Source of the DNA: Candidatus Omnitrophota bacterium
GTDB taxonomy: Bacteria; Omnitrophota; Gorgyraeia; JABMSB01
Assembly: GCA_013202205.1 (NCBI GenBank)
Contig: JABMSB010000031.1
Location: forward strand, 310 to 64,309
Length of the DNA: 64,000 nucleotides
Direction: 5' to 3'
The position numbers and the translations under genes were made by a program. Shown piece by piece: positions 9,715 to 18,937 of this stretch; within the stretch, counting starts at the first letter, position 1; each line of letters opens with the position of its first letter. The notes below the pieces were generated by a model, which saw nothing but the letters and a program-made list of their open reading frames with translations, was not told where the DNA came from and made no database searches.

Positions 9715-10661
9715 TGGCTAAAGAAGGATGGATTCCGACAAGAGACGGTTTTGGTCAAGGTTTAGTCGAGCTGGGCAAAAAAAGAGAAGACGTAGTCGTC
9801 CTCTGCGCAGATTTGACAGATTCGACACGCGCGGGCTGGTTTAAGAAAGAGTTTCCTGATCGGTTCTTCAGCATGGGCGTTGCAGAGCAGGATATGTTTG
9901 GCGCAGCCGCAGGATTGGCATTGATGGGGAAGACCCCGTTCGCCTGTACTTTCGGTGTATTTGCAAGCGGCAGGGGTTGGGACCAGATCCGGATCTCCTT
10001 AGCATACATGAATCTCAACGTCAAGGTGATAGGTACGCACGGAGGTATCGGTGTAGGCGAAGACGGCGCTACGCACCAGGCTATAGAGGAGATCTCTTTG
10101 ATGAGAATACTCCCTAATATGACCGTATTAGTCCCGGCAGATCACATAGAAGCGCGTAAGGCGACCATAGCGGCCGCTTCGTATCCGGGGCCTGTATATA
10201 TAAGACTTGGCAGAAATGGTGTGCCGGTTGTGACGGGTGAGGACGCGCCATTTGAGATAGGAAAACCATCGATCCTTGCCGACGGAAAGGACGTCGCGAT
10301 ATTCGCATGCGGTTATATGGTTTACGAATCACTCCTTGCCAAAGATATATTGGCCAAGGAAGGCATATCGGCTAAGGTAATAAATATCCATACCCCAAAG
10401 CCGCTCGATAGAAAGCTCATAATCAAGACAGCAAAAGATATAGGCGCGATCGTTACCGTCGAGGAGCATCTTCTGGCCGGTGGTTTAGGCAGCGCCATAG
10501 CCGAGGTCCTGGTAGAAGAGGAACCGGTCCCCATGAAGATGGTAGGGATAGACGATCGGTTTGGTGAATCCGGCGACCCCAACTTATTGCTTGACCACTT
10601 CGGTCTCAGGGCAAAGAATATCGCAAAGGCCGCTAAGGACGTATTGAAAAAGAAAAAATAG
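9714..10661 (+). CDS. Transketolase, C-terminal (pyrimidine-binding) subunit
   Basis: 315 aa. Transketolase Pyr and C-terminal domain motifs (GEDGATHQ). Confidence 0.85.
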   Translation: MAKEGWIPTRDGFGQGLVELGKKREDVVVLCADLTDSTRAGWFKKEFPDRFFSMGVAEQDMFGAAAGLALMGKTPFACTFGVFASGRGWDQIRISLAYMNLNVKVIGTHGGIGVGEDGATHQAIEEISLMRILPNMTVLVPADHIEARKATIAAASYPGPVYIRLGRNGVPVVTGEDAPFEIGKPSILADGKDVAIFACGYMVYESLLAKDILAKEGISAKVINIHTPKPLDRKLIIKTAKDIGAIVTVEEHLLAGGLGSAIAEVLVEEEPVPMKMVGIDDRFGESGDPNLLLDHFGLRAKNIAKAAKDVLKKKK

Positions 10662-10664
10662 ACC

Positions 10665-11546
10665 ATGGATACGATTATTGTCAAGGCTCCGGCCAAAGTA
10701 AATCTCTACCTCGAAGTGCTAAAGCGGCGCGATGACGGCTACCATGATATAGAGACGATCTTTGAACGCATAGACCTTTGTGATGAACTGACCTTCACGA
10801 AGAAGAGCGAGAAACACGGAATAAAGCTTATATGTGAAGGCGAGGATATAGATTGCAGCGAAGAAGAAAATATAATAGTCCGCTCAGCCAAGGCCTTGAC
10901 GCGCAAGGATGGCCGCAAGCTCGGAGTTGAGATCAGGCTGAAGAAGAATATACCCATAGCTGCCGGTTTGGGCGGTGGTTCAAGTAATGCCGCAGCCACA
11001 CTCTTTGTAGTGAACAATCTCTTTGAGTTGGGTTTTTCGCGCAGCGAATTGATGGATGTAGGTGGTACTGTAGGGGCAGATGTTCCCTTCTTCTTTTCAT
11101 ATTCACCCTTTGCTTTGGGTACGGAGATAGGTGATGAGATCACGGAGATAAAAAGCACGCTCCGTTTGTGGCATCTCATTGTCAGGCCAATGGTTAAAGT
11201 CAAAAGCGGCGATATTTATAGCCGCCTCAGTTTGGGCTTGACAAGGCCAAGAGGGAGTGCTAAAATGTTGCTCCGCATCATAGAGAAAGGCGATATGATT
11301 GCCCTTGCAAAAGGGCTGCGCAATAGGTTGGAAGATGTTATGCTGGAAAGTGTTAAGGAAATTCAGCGGGTCAAGGACAAGATCCTTTCGCATGGCGGGA
11401 AGGGGAGTCTTGTCTCCGGTAGCGGCCCGGCAACATTTGGAATTTTTTCAACACGAGAGGAGGCGATGGAGGCGAAGGAGAAGCTCGATCGGAGCGGATG
11501 GCAGACTTTCGTTGCAGGAACATATGAACCGAGCTTGTCCGCTTGA
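10665..11546 (+). CDS. ispE: 4-diphosphocytidyl-2-C-methyl-D-erythritol kinase
   Basis: GHMP kinase motif PIAAGLGGGSSNAAA. N-terminus KAPAKVNLYLEV. Confidence 0.85.
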   Translation: MDTIIVKAPAKVNLYLEVLKRRDDGYHDIETIFERIDLCDELTFTKKSEKHGIKLICEGEDIDCSEEENIIVRSAKALTRKDGRKLGVEIRLKKNIPIAAGLGGGSSNAAATLFVVNNLFELGFSRSELMDVGGTVGADVPFFFSYSPFALGTEIGDEITEIKSTLRLWHLIVRPMVKVKSGDIYSRLSLGLTRPRGSAKMLLRIIEKGDMIALAKGLRNRLEDVMLESVKEIQRVKDKILSHGGKGSLVSGSGPATFGIFSTREEAMEAKEKLDRSGWQTFVAGTYEPSLSA

Positions 11547-11591
11547 AGCTTGGCGGATAGGATTAACAAAACCAACAGGAGAGAGTGCAAA

Positions 11592-12119
11592 ATGGAAATC
11601 ACCGAGGTCAGGATCTTTCCAAAAGAAGGACAGCGTGATAAGAAGCTGAAGGCGTACGCGACGATAACGCTCGACAGCGCTTTCGTGGTCAGGAATGTAA
11701 AAGTGATCGAGGGCAACAAGGGTCTCTTTGTGGCCATGCCTTCGCGCAAACTAAAGGTACCATGCCCAAAGTGCGGACATAGAAATGACATCAGATCCAA
11801 ATATTGCAATCAATGCGCAGTGTCTATCCCGCCTCCGGAACCTTTGCCTCCGAGGGGAAGCGATGGAGAGAGGCAGTCAGAGCATAGGGATATAGCGCAT
11901 CCGATTACATTGGAATGCAGGGAGTATATCCAGAAGAAAGTATTGGATGCATACGGGGCGGAAAAGGGTACAGGTGGATCAGCGCCAAGCAGTTCACCGA
12001 AACCGAGCAGCGTTCCGCCAAGAAGAAGAGAACCGGAACCACCGAAAGCACCGGAACCATTGCAACCACCAGAACCACCGTCAATGCCGCAGGGACCGAC
12101 GCAGGATATCGAGCTTTAA
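11592..12119 (+). CDS. spoVG: SpoVG-family protein with an inserted C4 zinc ribbon and a Pro-rich C-terminal tail
   Basis: MEITEVRIFPK...ITLDSAFVVRNVKVIEGNKGLFVAMPSRK and RDIAHPIT match SpoVG. CPKCGH...CNQC is inserted between them. Start ATG 11592 with RBS caggagag. The ORF-track start at 11550 is probably too early. Confidence 0.75.
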   Translation: MEITEVRIFPKEGQRDKKLKAYATITLDSAFVVRNVKVIEGNKGLFVAMPSRKLKVPCPKCGHRNDIRSKYCNQCAVSIPPPEPLPPRGSDGERQSEHRDIAHPITLECREYIQKKVLDAYGAEKGTGGSAPSSSPKPSSVPPRRREPEPPKAPEPLQPPEPPSMPQGPTQDIEL

Positions 12120-12176
12120 TGTCTGTCCGTCTCTTTTGGACAAGGACAAGCGATTCGAAGTAATATATACGGTGAA

Positions 12177-12250
12177 TGGCGGATTGTGTAATGGCAGCAC
12201 AGCGGCCTTTGGAGCCGTTAGTGAAGGTTCGAATCCTTCTCCGCCAACCA
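12177..12250 (+). tRNA. tRNA-Gln: tRNA-Gln (anticodon UUG), with encoded CCA
   Basis: The sequence folds by hand into a cloverleaf. Acceptor stem TGGCGGA/TCCGCCA with the U1-A72 pair typical of bacterial tRNA-Gln. D-stem GTGT/GCAC. Anticodon stem GCGGC/GCCGT with loop CTTTGGA. T-arm GAAGG-TTCGAAT-CCTTC. Discriminator A, then CCA. Confidence 0.8.
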
Positions 12251-12390
12251 GGAGTTACAGCTGTTGTGATAGATGTCGATGAAGGATTCGAAAGGATTTT
12301 GCGCTGACCCTTAGGGAAGAAAAGCGCCAATCAGGCGCGACAGCAAAATCCCCGCCCAGAGCAAAACCTAATCAAGGTTTTGCGTAGGGC

Positions 12391-12417
12391 GAATCCTTGT
12401 CCGCCAACCAGAGTTAT
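12391..12417 (+). repeat. Degenerate direct repeat of the tRNA-Gln 3' end (GAATCCTTgTCCGCCAACCAgAGTTAtAG)
   Basis: About 27 bp match 12231-12260 with 3 mismatches. Both the T-arm and acceptor 5' strand are missing, so it is not a functional tRNA. Confidence 0.6.
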
Positions 12418-12464
12418 AGACATTGTTATTCTTTTTTATTTAACAGTTAATTAGGTGGTGAAAT

Positions 12465-13745
12465 ATGATTGCCAAATGTTCATTTTGCGGGAAGACGGGT
12501 ACTAAGGTCGGAAGGCTCTTTAAGGGCAAAGATGCCTATATCTGCGAGGGGTGTGTACACCTTTGCGGTGATCTTCTTGTCGGGGAAGGCAGCCAAAAGC
12601 GTAATGCAAAGACGGCCTCACCCATACCTGCTTTGGATAAGCTTCCCAAGCCGTCAGAAATAAAGGCGATGCTCGATGACTATATAATAGGCCAGGAGAG
12701 GGCCAAAAAGGTTCTGGCCGTAAGCGTCTATAACCATTATAAGAGGGTTCAAATAAGGCCTTCATCGCCAAAGAAAGATGAAAAAGATTCAGAAGACGTC
12801 GAGATAGATAAATCGAATATCTTGCTTATAGGGCCCACAGGCTGCGGCAAGACCCTGCTGGCCCAGACGCTCGCCAGGGTCTTACATGTACCTTTTGCCA
12901 TCTCTGATGCGACAACATTGACGCAGGCCGGCTATGTCGGTGAGGATGTGGAGAATGTTATACTGCGCCTCCTGCAGGCGGCCAACTATGACGTCGCGAA
13001 GGCGGAGTTGGGTATAATATATATTGACGAGATCGACAAGATAGGCAAGACCCAGGATAACGTCTCCATAACACGTGATGTCTCCGGAGAAGGTGTGCAA
13101 CAGGCGCTCCTTAAGATCCTTGAGGGGACGGTAGCAAATGTACCGCCCGGTGGCGGGAGAAAGCATCCGGAAGCGCGCTATATCCAGGTGAGGACGAAAG
13201 ATATTCTCTTTATCTGCGGAGGCACCTTCAGCACGCTCGACAAAATAATCCAGGATCGCAAGGGTAAGACAAAGATAGGATTCGGTTCAGATAATAAGGC
13301 AAAGTTCGAGCAGCCCCTCGGTGATATATTGGCCGAAGTCGAGACAGAAGATATACTCAAGTTCGGCATGATACCGGAATTCGTAGGAAGATTTCCCATA
13401 ATAGCTACTTTGAAGTCGCTAAAGGAAGAGGAGCTCGTAAAGATACTGACCACACCTCGTAATGCCCTCATCAAACAGTATAAGAAGTTCTTCGATGTCG
13501 AGGGGGTTAAGCTTACCTTTACCGAAGGCGCGCTTCTCAAGATAGCCAAAAAAGCGCTCACTAAAGGGACGGGTGCCCGCGGGCTCCGTTCGATCATAGA
13601 AGAGATGATGCTCGATCTTATGTATGAGCTGCCGCTTCTGAAGAATGTCGTTGAGTGCATTATCGATGAAGATTGTATAGCAATCGGGAAGAAGCCCACG
13701 CTGATAAAGTCAGAGCGGGGTACCCGACAGAAGGAGAGCGCGTGA
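12465..13745 (+). CDS. clpX: ATP-dependent Clp protease ATP-binding subunit ClpX
   Basis: N-terminal C4 zinc finger CSFCGK...CEGC. Walker A GPTGCGKT. 426 aa. Confidence 0.9.
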   Translation: MIAKCSFCGKTGTKVGRLFKGKDAYICEGCVHLCGDLLVGEGSQKRNAKTASPIPALDKLPKPSEIKAMLDDYIIGQERAKKVLAVSVYNHYKRVQIRPSSPKKDEKDSEDVEIDKSNILLIGPTGCGKTLLAQTLARVLHVPFAISDATTLTQAGYVGEDVENVILRLLQAANYDVAKAELGIIYIDEIDKIGKTQDNVSITRDVSGEGVQQALLKILEGTVANVPPGGGRKHPEARYIQVRTKDILFICGGTFSTLDKIIQDRKGKTKIGFGSDNKAKFEQPLGDILAEVETEDILKFGMIPEFVGRFPIIATLKSLKEEELVKILTTPRNALIKQYKKFFDVEGVKLTFTEGALLKIAKKALTKGTGARGLRSIIEEMMLDLMYELPLLKNVVECIIDEDCIAIGKKPTLIKSERGTRQKESA

Positions 13746-15031
13746 GCGCAAAACAGATCGAAGATATAGTTGCTGTAGTATTGGCTGCCGGCCGCGGGAC
13801 ACGCATGAAATCAGAGATGCTCAAGGCCATGGTCCCTTTGTGCGGTCTGCCGCTTATACGCCATATTGTGGATGCCCTCAAGGCCTCCGGCATAAAACGG
13901 ATAGTAGTCGTTACAGGATATAAGAAGGAGTTGCTTGAGAAAGCTCTTGATGGCCTGGCAGATACAGTCCACCAGAAGACGCTTCTGGGATCCGGAGACG
14001 CGGCAAAGACGGCGATGGCCAAATTGAAGAACTTCAAAGGCCACGTCTTAATAGTACCCGGTGATGTACCGCTATTTAAACCGGAAACTATTACTTCGCT
14101 GGTAGAGCGCCATAAGCGCGGCCGGTCGGACTGCACCCTGTTAACAATTTTCTTGTCCAACCCGGGTGAGTACGGAAGGATATTTAGAAGCATAACCGGA
14201 TCTATCGAGAAGATCATTGAAAAGGAAGATTTGGCAGAAAATCAGAGCAGGATAAACGAGATAAATACCGGCCTATATTGTTTCAAGGCCAAGGCCCTTT
14301 GTGACGCGCTCGAGGGGGTCAAGAAGAATAGCAAAAAGGGCGAATATTTCCTGACCGACACGATCGAGATCTTGCATGAGAAGGGCTGCAAGATAGATTC
14401 GCTCCTGTCGAATAATACCGATGAGATGCTGGGGGTCAATTCACAGCAGGATTATTCACGCGCCACGCAGATAATGAAGAATAGGATTTTGGATCGTCTT
14501 ATGTCGTCGGGTGTCACAGTAGTAGACCCGGCCTCCACATCAATAGATAAGAATGTAAAGATTATGCCGGACACCATAGTCTATCCACACACCACGATAG
14601 AGAAGGATGTCAACATTGCCGGGAGGTGCAAGGTAGGCCCTTACGCGCACCTGCGAGAAGGGGTTCAACTTGACGAAGGGGCTGAAGTGGGTAATTTTGC
14701 CGAACTCGTAAGGACGCGGGTTGGGGAGGGAACTAAGATAAAACATCAGGTATATATCGGCGACGCCGTAATAGGTAAGGATGTGAACATAGGGGCGGGG
14801 ACGATCATCGCCAACTATGACGGAAAGAATAAATATATTACGCGGATCGGCGACGGCGCCTTTATCGGAAGCGGTACGGTATTGGTAGCGCCGGTCAAGA
14901 TAGGCGCTAAGGCTGTGACGGGCGCCGGCTGTGTTGTGACAAAGGGCCATGATGTACCGGCGGGCGCTGTGGTCGTTGGCGTGCCGGCAAGAAAATTAGA
15001 GAAAAATAAGAAGAAAAGGGGTGGGCGATGA
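13742..15031 (+). CDS. glmU: Bifunctional UDP-GlcNAc pyrophosphorylase / GlcN-1-P acetyltransferase (GTG start overlapping the clpX stop)
   Basis: [15 protein letters not shown] nucleotidyltransferase motif plus C-terminal left-handed beta-helix hexapeptide repeats. The ORF-track ATG at 13673 would overlap clpX by 70 nt. Confidence 0.8.
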   Translation: MSAKQIEDIVAVVLAAGRGTRMKSEMLKAMVPLCGLPLIRHIVDALKASGIKRIVVVTGYKKELLEKALDGLADTVHQKTLLGSGDAAKTAMAKLKNFKGHVLIVPGDVPLFKPETITSLVERHKRGRSDCTLLTIFLSNPGEYGRIFRSITGSIEKIIEKEDLAENQSRINEINTGLYCFKAKALCDALEGVKKNSKKGEYFLTDTIEILHEKGCKIDSLLSNNTDEMLGVNSQQDYSRATQIMKNRILDRLMSSGVTVVDPASTSIDKNVKIMPDTIVYPHTTIEKDVNIAGRCKVGPYAHLREGVQLDEGAEVGNFAELVRTRVGEGTKIKHQVYIGDAVIGKDVNIGAGTIIANYDGKNKYITRIGDGAFIGSGTVLVAPVKIGAKAVTGAGCVVTKGHDVPAGAVVVGVPARKLEKNKKKRGGR

Positions 15032-15990
15032 GTACCGAGACTCGTAACGGTAAGCTTTTAGTCTTTAGCGGCAATGGTAATAAGGCATTGGCTAAGAATA
15101 TATGCCGGAATCTCGGCGTACCTCTCGGCGGGGCAGTTGTAAACAGCTTTAGTGACGGAGAGATAAGGGTCAAGATCAGGGAAGACGTGAGAGGACAGGA
15201 TGTATTTATTATTCAGCCGACATGCCATCCCGTTAATGACAACATAATGGAGCTTTTAATAATGCTCGATGCGCTGCGCCGGGCATCGGCCAAACGCATC
15301 ACCGCAGTCCTTCCTTATTACGGATATGCAAGGCAAGACAGGAAGGACCAGCCGCGGGTACCCATAACGGCCAAGCTGTTAGCAAATCTCATCACATCAG
15401 CCGGCGCAAACAGGGTTTTAACGCTCGATCTGCACGCAGGCCAGATCCAGGGTTTCTTTGATATTCCGCTCGACCATCTTTATGCAATAAATACATTTGT
15501 TGAGTATTTCAAAAAGAATATAAAATTGAAAGCTAAGGACCTGGTAATTGTATCCCCCGATGTCGGAGGTGTCAAGACGGCCAGGGCCTATGCCAAGAGG
15601 TTCAGGGCAGATCTCGCAATCGTAGATAAACGGCGCGCCAATGATAAAGAGACCGAGGTTATGAATATCATAGGTGAGGTTGAAGGCAAAAATGTCATAC
15701 TGGTAGACGATATAGTTGCTACCGCCGGAAGCCTGGTCGAAGCGGTTGCGGCCTTGAAGAAGGCGGGTTCCAAGAATATATATGCGGCTATAACCCACCC
15801 CGTTTTATCAGGGCCCGCTATTGAGAGGATAAAACACTCGGATTTAAAAGAGCTGGTTGTGACTAATACCATACCATTAGGAAGCAACGGCAAGTGCAAG
15901 AAGGTAAAACAACTTTCGGTTGCACCGCTTTTGGCAGAAGCGATTATGCGCATACACCAGGAGCGATCGGTCAGTTCATTGTTCAATTGA
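15028..15990 (+). CDS. prs: Ribose-phosphate pyrophosphokinase
   Basis: PRPP synthetase motifs (YYGYARQDRK, DLHAGQIQGFF, PRPP-binding DDIVATAGS). Confidence 0.9.
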   Translation: MSTETRNGKLLVFSGNGNKALAKNICRNLGVPLGGAVVNSFSDGEIRVKIREDVRGQDVFIIQPTCHPVNDNIMELLIMLDALRRASAKRITAVLPYYGYARQDRKDQPRVPITAKLLANLITSAGANRVLTLDLHAGQIQGFFDIPLDHLYAINTFVEYFKKNIKLKAKDLVIVSPDVGGVKTARAYAKRFRADLAIVDKRRANDKETEVMNIIGEVEGKNVILVDDIVATAGSLVEAVAALKKAGSKNIYAAITHPVLSGPAIERIKHSDLKELVVTNTIPLGSNGKCKKVKQLSVAPLLAEAIMRIHQERSVSSLFN

Positions 15991-16007
15991 TAAAGGAAAG
16001 GTAAAAA

Positions 16008-16718
16008 ATGGAACGCGTAAATCTACAAGTTGAGACAAGAGAGAATGCCGGCAAGAGCCCCTCAAAAAAGTTGCGAAGAGCGGGGATGGTTCCCGCAGTC
16101 TTATATAAGCGAGGAGAGAAGACCCAGCATGTTTCAGTCGACGCCCGCACGTTAGATAAGATATTGCGCAAAGAGGGTGAAAACGTCTTATTGAATGTGA
16201 CGTTCAAGGGTGACAAGAAGCCTAAGGAGAGGGTGACTATGATAAAGGAGGTCCAGGTGCACCCCATAAGCGGCAACCTGCTCCATGTTGACTTCAATGA
16301 GATCTCCCTCACCGAGAAGATAAAGGTCAATGTACCCGTTGAGGCCAAGGGTGAAGCGGTTGGTGTTACCAGGGATAAGGGTGTGCTTGAGCATATCATG
16401 TGGGAGCTGGAAGTAGAGTGTCTGCCTACCCAGATACCTGATAATTTTGAGGTGGATGTGGCAGCGATGGAGATTGGTCACGCCGTCTTCGTTAAAGATA
16501 TACCCCCTCCGCCCGGGGTTGAGATATTGAATGATCTTGAGCTTACCGTATTTACGGTGAAGCCGCCTCACGAAATTGAAGAGGCTGCTCCTGTGGAAGA
16601 AGGCGCTGAGGAAGGGGTAGAGCCCGAGGTTATAGCAAAGGGCAAGAAGGAAGAGGAAGGAGTCCCTGAAGGCGAGGCTGAAAAGGCACCTGCGAAGGAA
16701 GAGAAGAAAAAAGACTGA
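16008..16718 (+). CDS. rplY: 50S ribosomal protein L25 / general stress protein Ctc, with an acidic C-terminal extension
   Basis: L25/Ctc N-terminal domain. 236 aa with a Glu/Lys-rich tail. Confidence 0.8.
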   Translation: MERVNLQVETRENAGKSPSKKLRRAGMVPAVLYKRGEKTQHVSVDARTLDKILRKEGENVLLNVTFKGDKKPKERVTMIKEVQVHPISGNLLHVDFNEISLTEKIKVNVPVEAKGEAVGVTRDKGVLEHIMWELEVECLPTQIPDNFEVDVAAMEIGHAVFVKDIPPPPGVEILNDLELTVFTVKPPHEIEEAAPVEEGAEEGVEPEVIAKGKKEEEGVPEGEAEKAPAKEEKKKD

Positions 16719-17281
16719 TGAAGATCATAGTCGGATTGGGTAACCCCGGCCTTCGATATAAAGCAACGCGCCATAATGTCGGGTTTGAAGCGATAGATAG
16801 ATTTGCTAAGGCAAATCGTCTCAGGTTCAAGGCGCGCCGGTACTTTGATTCGTGGATGGCTGAGGGAAAGTTTAAGGGTGAGTCGGTACTACTGCTCAAG
16901 CCCCTTACCTATATGAACCGCTCAGGCGTAGCAGTAGCGCCCGCTGTTGCGAATAAAGAGGTCAATCTTTCAGATCTGCTCGTTGTATGCGATGATGTCA
17001 ATCTCGAATTGGGCCAACTGAGGCTTAGGGCCCAGGGGAGTGCAGGGGGGCATAACGGCCTCATCTCGATTATAGAGCGTTTGGGCAATGAAGCTTTTTC
17101 GCGTCTGCGGATAGGTGTTGGCGGTAGCGAGAAGGAGGATTTAACAGGACATGTGCTGGGGCGATTTAAGCGCCAGGAGAACAAGGTTGTTGATGATATG
17201 CTCCAAAGGGCAGCTGATTGTATAGAAGTATGGTTTGAAGATGGTATAAAAGAGGCGATGAATCGGTTTAATAAAAAATAG
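16718..17281 (+). CDS. pth: Peptidyl-tRNA hydrolase
   Basis: MKIIVGLGNPG...RHNVGF. Confidence 0.9.
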   Translation: MKIIVGLGNPGLRYKATRHNVGFEAIDRFAKANRLRFKARRYFDSWMAEGKFKGESVLLLKPLTYMNRSGVAVAPAVANKEVNLSDLLVVCDDVNLELGQLRLRAQGSAGGHNGLISIIERLGNEAFSRLRIGVGGSEKEDLTGHVLGRFKRQENKVVDDMLQRAADCIEVWFEDGIKEAMNRFNKK

Positions 17282-17323
17282 GGATAAGTTTAAAGCTATA
17301 AGCCAAAAGATTAAGGAGGAAGA

Positions 17324-17626
17324 ATGACTGAAGAGGTGATATTGAATAATTACGAGGCGATATTTATAATAAAACCGACCCTCGACGAGGCAGGGTGTGA
17401 GAAGACCCAGAAAACGCTCGCTGAGGCTATAACGAACCTCGGAGGCAAGGTCCAAAAAGAGGATCCCTGGGGCAAGAGAGAGATCTCCCACCACGTAAAG
17501 AAGTTCAAAGAGGGTATTTACCACAGAGTCGAATTTGCCGCGCCGGCGGAGGCGATAAACAAACTAAACTCAACCTATCAGCTCAATACTGATATCTTGC
17601 GTGTTCTGATAACAAAGAGGAGTTAA
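17324..17626 (+). CDS. rpsF: 30S ribosomal protein S6
   Basis: 100 aa. YEAIFIIKP motif. First gene of the conserved rpsF-ssb-rpsR-rplI operon. RBS aaggagga. Confidence 0.9.
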   Translation: MTEEVILNNYEAIFIIKPTLDEAGCEKTQKTLAEAITNLGGKVQKEDPWGKREISHHVKKFKEGIYHRVEFAAPAEAINKLNSTYQLNTDILRVLITKRS

Positions 17627-17629
17627 ATC

Positions 17630-18124
17630 ATGGCAAGCAGCTTAAATAAAGTATTTTTGATGGGAAATCTGACCAGGGACCCCGAACTGCGCTATATACC
17701 GAGCGGTACAGCGGTGGCTACTTTCGGTTTAGCGGTCAACAGAAGATATACCTCGGCTACCGGTGAGAAGAAGGAAGATGTAGCTTTCTTGAGGATCGTA
17801 GTATGGGGCCGCCGCGCAGAGGTGTGCGGTGAGTATCTTTCCAAGGGAAGCCCGATCTTTGTCGAGGGGCGATTACAGAGCCGCAGCTGGGAAGGCAATG
17901 ACGGTGTCAAGCGCTCGACAGTAGAGATTGTAGCCGACAATATACAATTTCTCGGCAGAGGCAAGGGCGCTCCATCCAATACAGGCGCCGGGGCTTCATC
18001 GCAGGGAGGATCACAGGCAAATTCTGTGCCACAGATGGATGTTGACGCCGACATGAATGCTCCGGTAGGAAATAGTCAAGGAGAGAAACCTGTCGACGGC
18101 CCGTCCGATAAAGTACCATTTTAA
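17630..18124 (+). CDS. ssb: Single-stranded DNA-binding protein
   Basis: OB-fold N-terminus NKVFLMGNLTRDPELRY. Gly/Ser-rich tail ending in the acidic DKVPF. Confidence 0.9.
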   Translation: MASSLNKVFLMGNLTRDPELRYIPSGTAVATFGLAVNRRYTSATGEKKEDVAFLRIVVWGRRAEVCGEYLSKGSPIFVEGRLQSRSWEGNDGVKRSTVEIVADNIQFLGRGKGAPSNTGAGASSQGGSQANSVPQMDVDADMNAPVGNSQGEKPVDGPSDKVPF

Positions 18125-18165
18125 ACCAACCACAAAGAAGAGACATATGAGGAGAATCCAATCTT

Positions 18166-18456
18166 ATGAGAAGACCGACCAGTTCAAGGGATAAAGACAA
18201 AAGGGGAAGGAAGAAGGGCAAGGGCCCAAAAAAGGCCAGAAGGCCTTTTATGAAGAAGGTATGCAGGTTCTGCACCAGCGAGGGCAAGGCTTCCGCGGAT
18301 TATAAGGATACGCTTTTCTTAAGGAAGTTTATCACCGATCGCGGTAAGATGATCCCGAGAAGGATTACGGGCAATTGCGCCAAGCATCAGAGGGTGGTGG
18401 CCAGGGAGATAAGAAAATCGCGCATAATAGGGCTTCTGCCATTCGTGGCCGATTAA
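18166..18456 (+). CDS. rpsR: 30S ribosomal protein S18
   Basis: CRFC...DYKD...FITDRGKMIPRRITG. Confidence 0.9.
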   Translation: MRRPTSSRDKDKRGRKKGKGPKKARRPFMKKVCRFCTSEGKASADYKDTLFLRKFITDRGKMIPRRITGNCAKHQRVVAREIRKSRIIGLLPFVAD

Positions 18457-18470
18457 CAGGAGGATACGAC

Positions 18471-18914
18471 GTGAAGTTGATATTAATTAAGGATGTTGAA
18501 AATCTTGGCAAGACAGGCGAGGAGATCGATGTCAAGGATGGTTACGCGACCAATTATTTGATGCCCAGAAATCTCGCTGTGCGCTTGACAAAAGCCAATC
18601 TTAAAGTAGTAGAAGGAATAAAGCGCAAGGAAGGTCACAAGCTCAAGAAAGAGAAAGAGGCTGCCCAAAAGCTGGCGGATAAGATCGCCAGCGCATCATG
18701 CACGATTTCAGTCGAAGCCGGAGAAGAGGATAAGTTATTCGGTTCCGTTACATCTGAGATGATAGCTGAGGCATATGCGGCAGAAGGATTTGAGATAGAC
18801 AAAAAGAGGATAGAGCTGGAGACGCCCATAAAGAAGCTGGGTGTATACCATGCCTCTTTTAAGATACATCCTGAGGTCAGCGCGCAATTGAAGATATGGG
18901 TAGTTAAGAAGTAA
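18471..18914 (+). CDS. rplI: 50S ribosomal protein L9 (GTG start)
   Basis: (M)KLILIKDVENLGKTGEEIDVKDGYATNYL. GTG at 18471 is preceded by caggagga. The ORF-track start at 18375 overlaps rpsR. Confidence 0.85.
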   Translation: MKLILIKDVENLGKTGEEIDVKDGYATNYLMPRNLAVRLTKANLKVVEGIKRKEGHKLKKEKEAAQKLADKIASASCTISVEAGEEDKLFGSVTSEMIAEAYAAEGFEIDKKRIELETPIKKLGVYHASFKIHPEVSAQLKIWVVKK

Positions 18915-18937
18915 TCTCTAAATAAAGGGTAGAGTTT

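Noticed and set aside
11947-12282. 111-aa Arg/His-rich ORF overlapping the spoVG 3' end and the tRNA
   Set aside because: It lies in an alternative frame of the proline-rich spoVG tail and runs through the tRNA gene. Its composition is an artefact of the GC-rich repeat. It has no RBS.
12251-12440. Possible tmRNA or second tRNA downstream of tRNA-Gln
   Set aside because: There is no GGGG...acceptor/T-arm architecture for tmRNA. The second CCA-ending copy lacks a 5' acceptor strand and an intact T-arm. I interpret it as att-like repeats instead.
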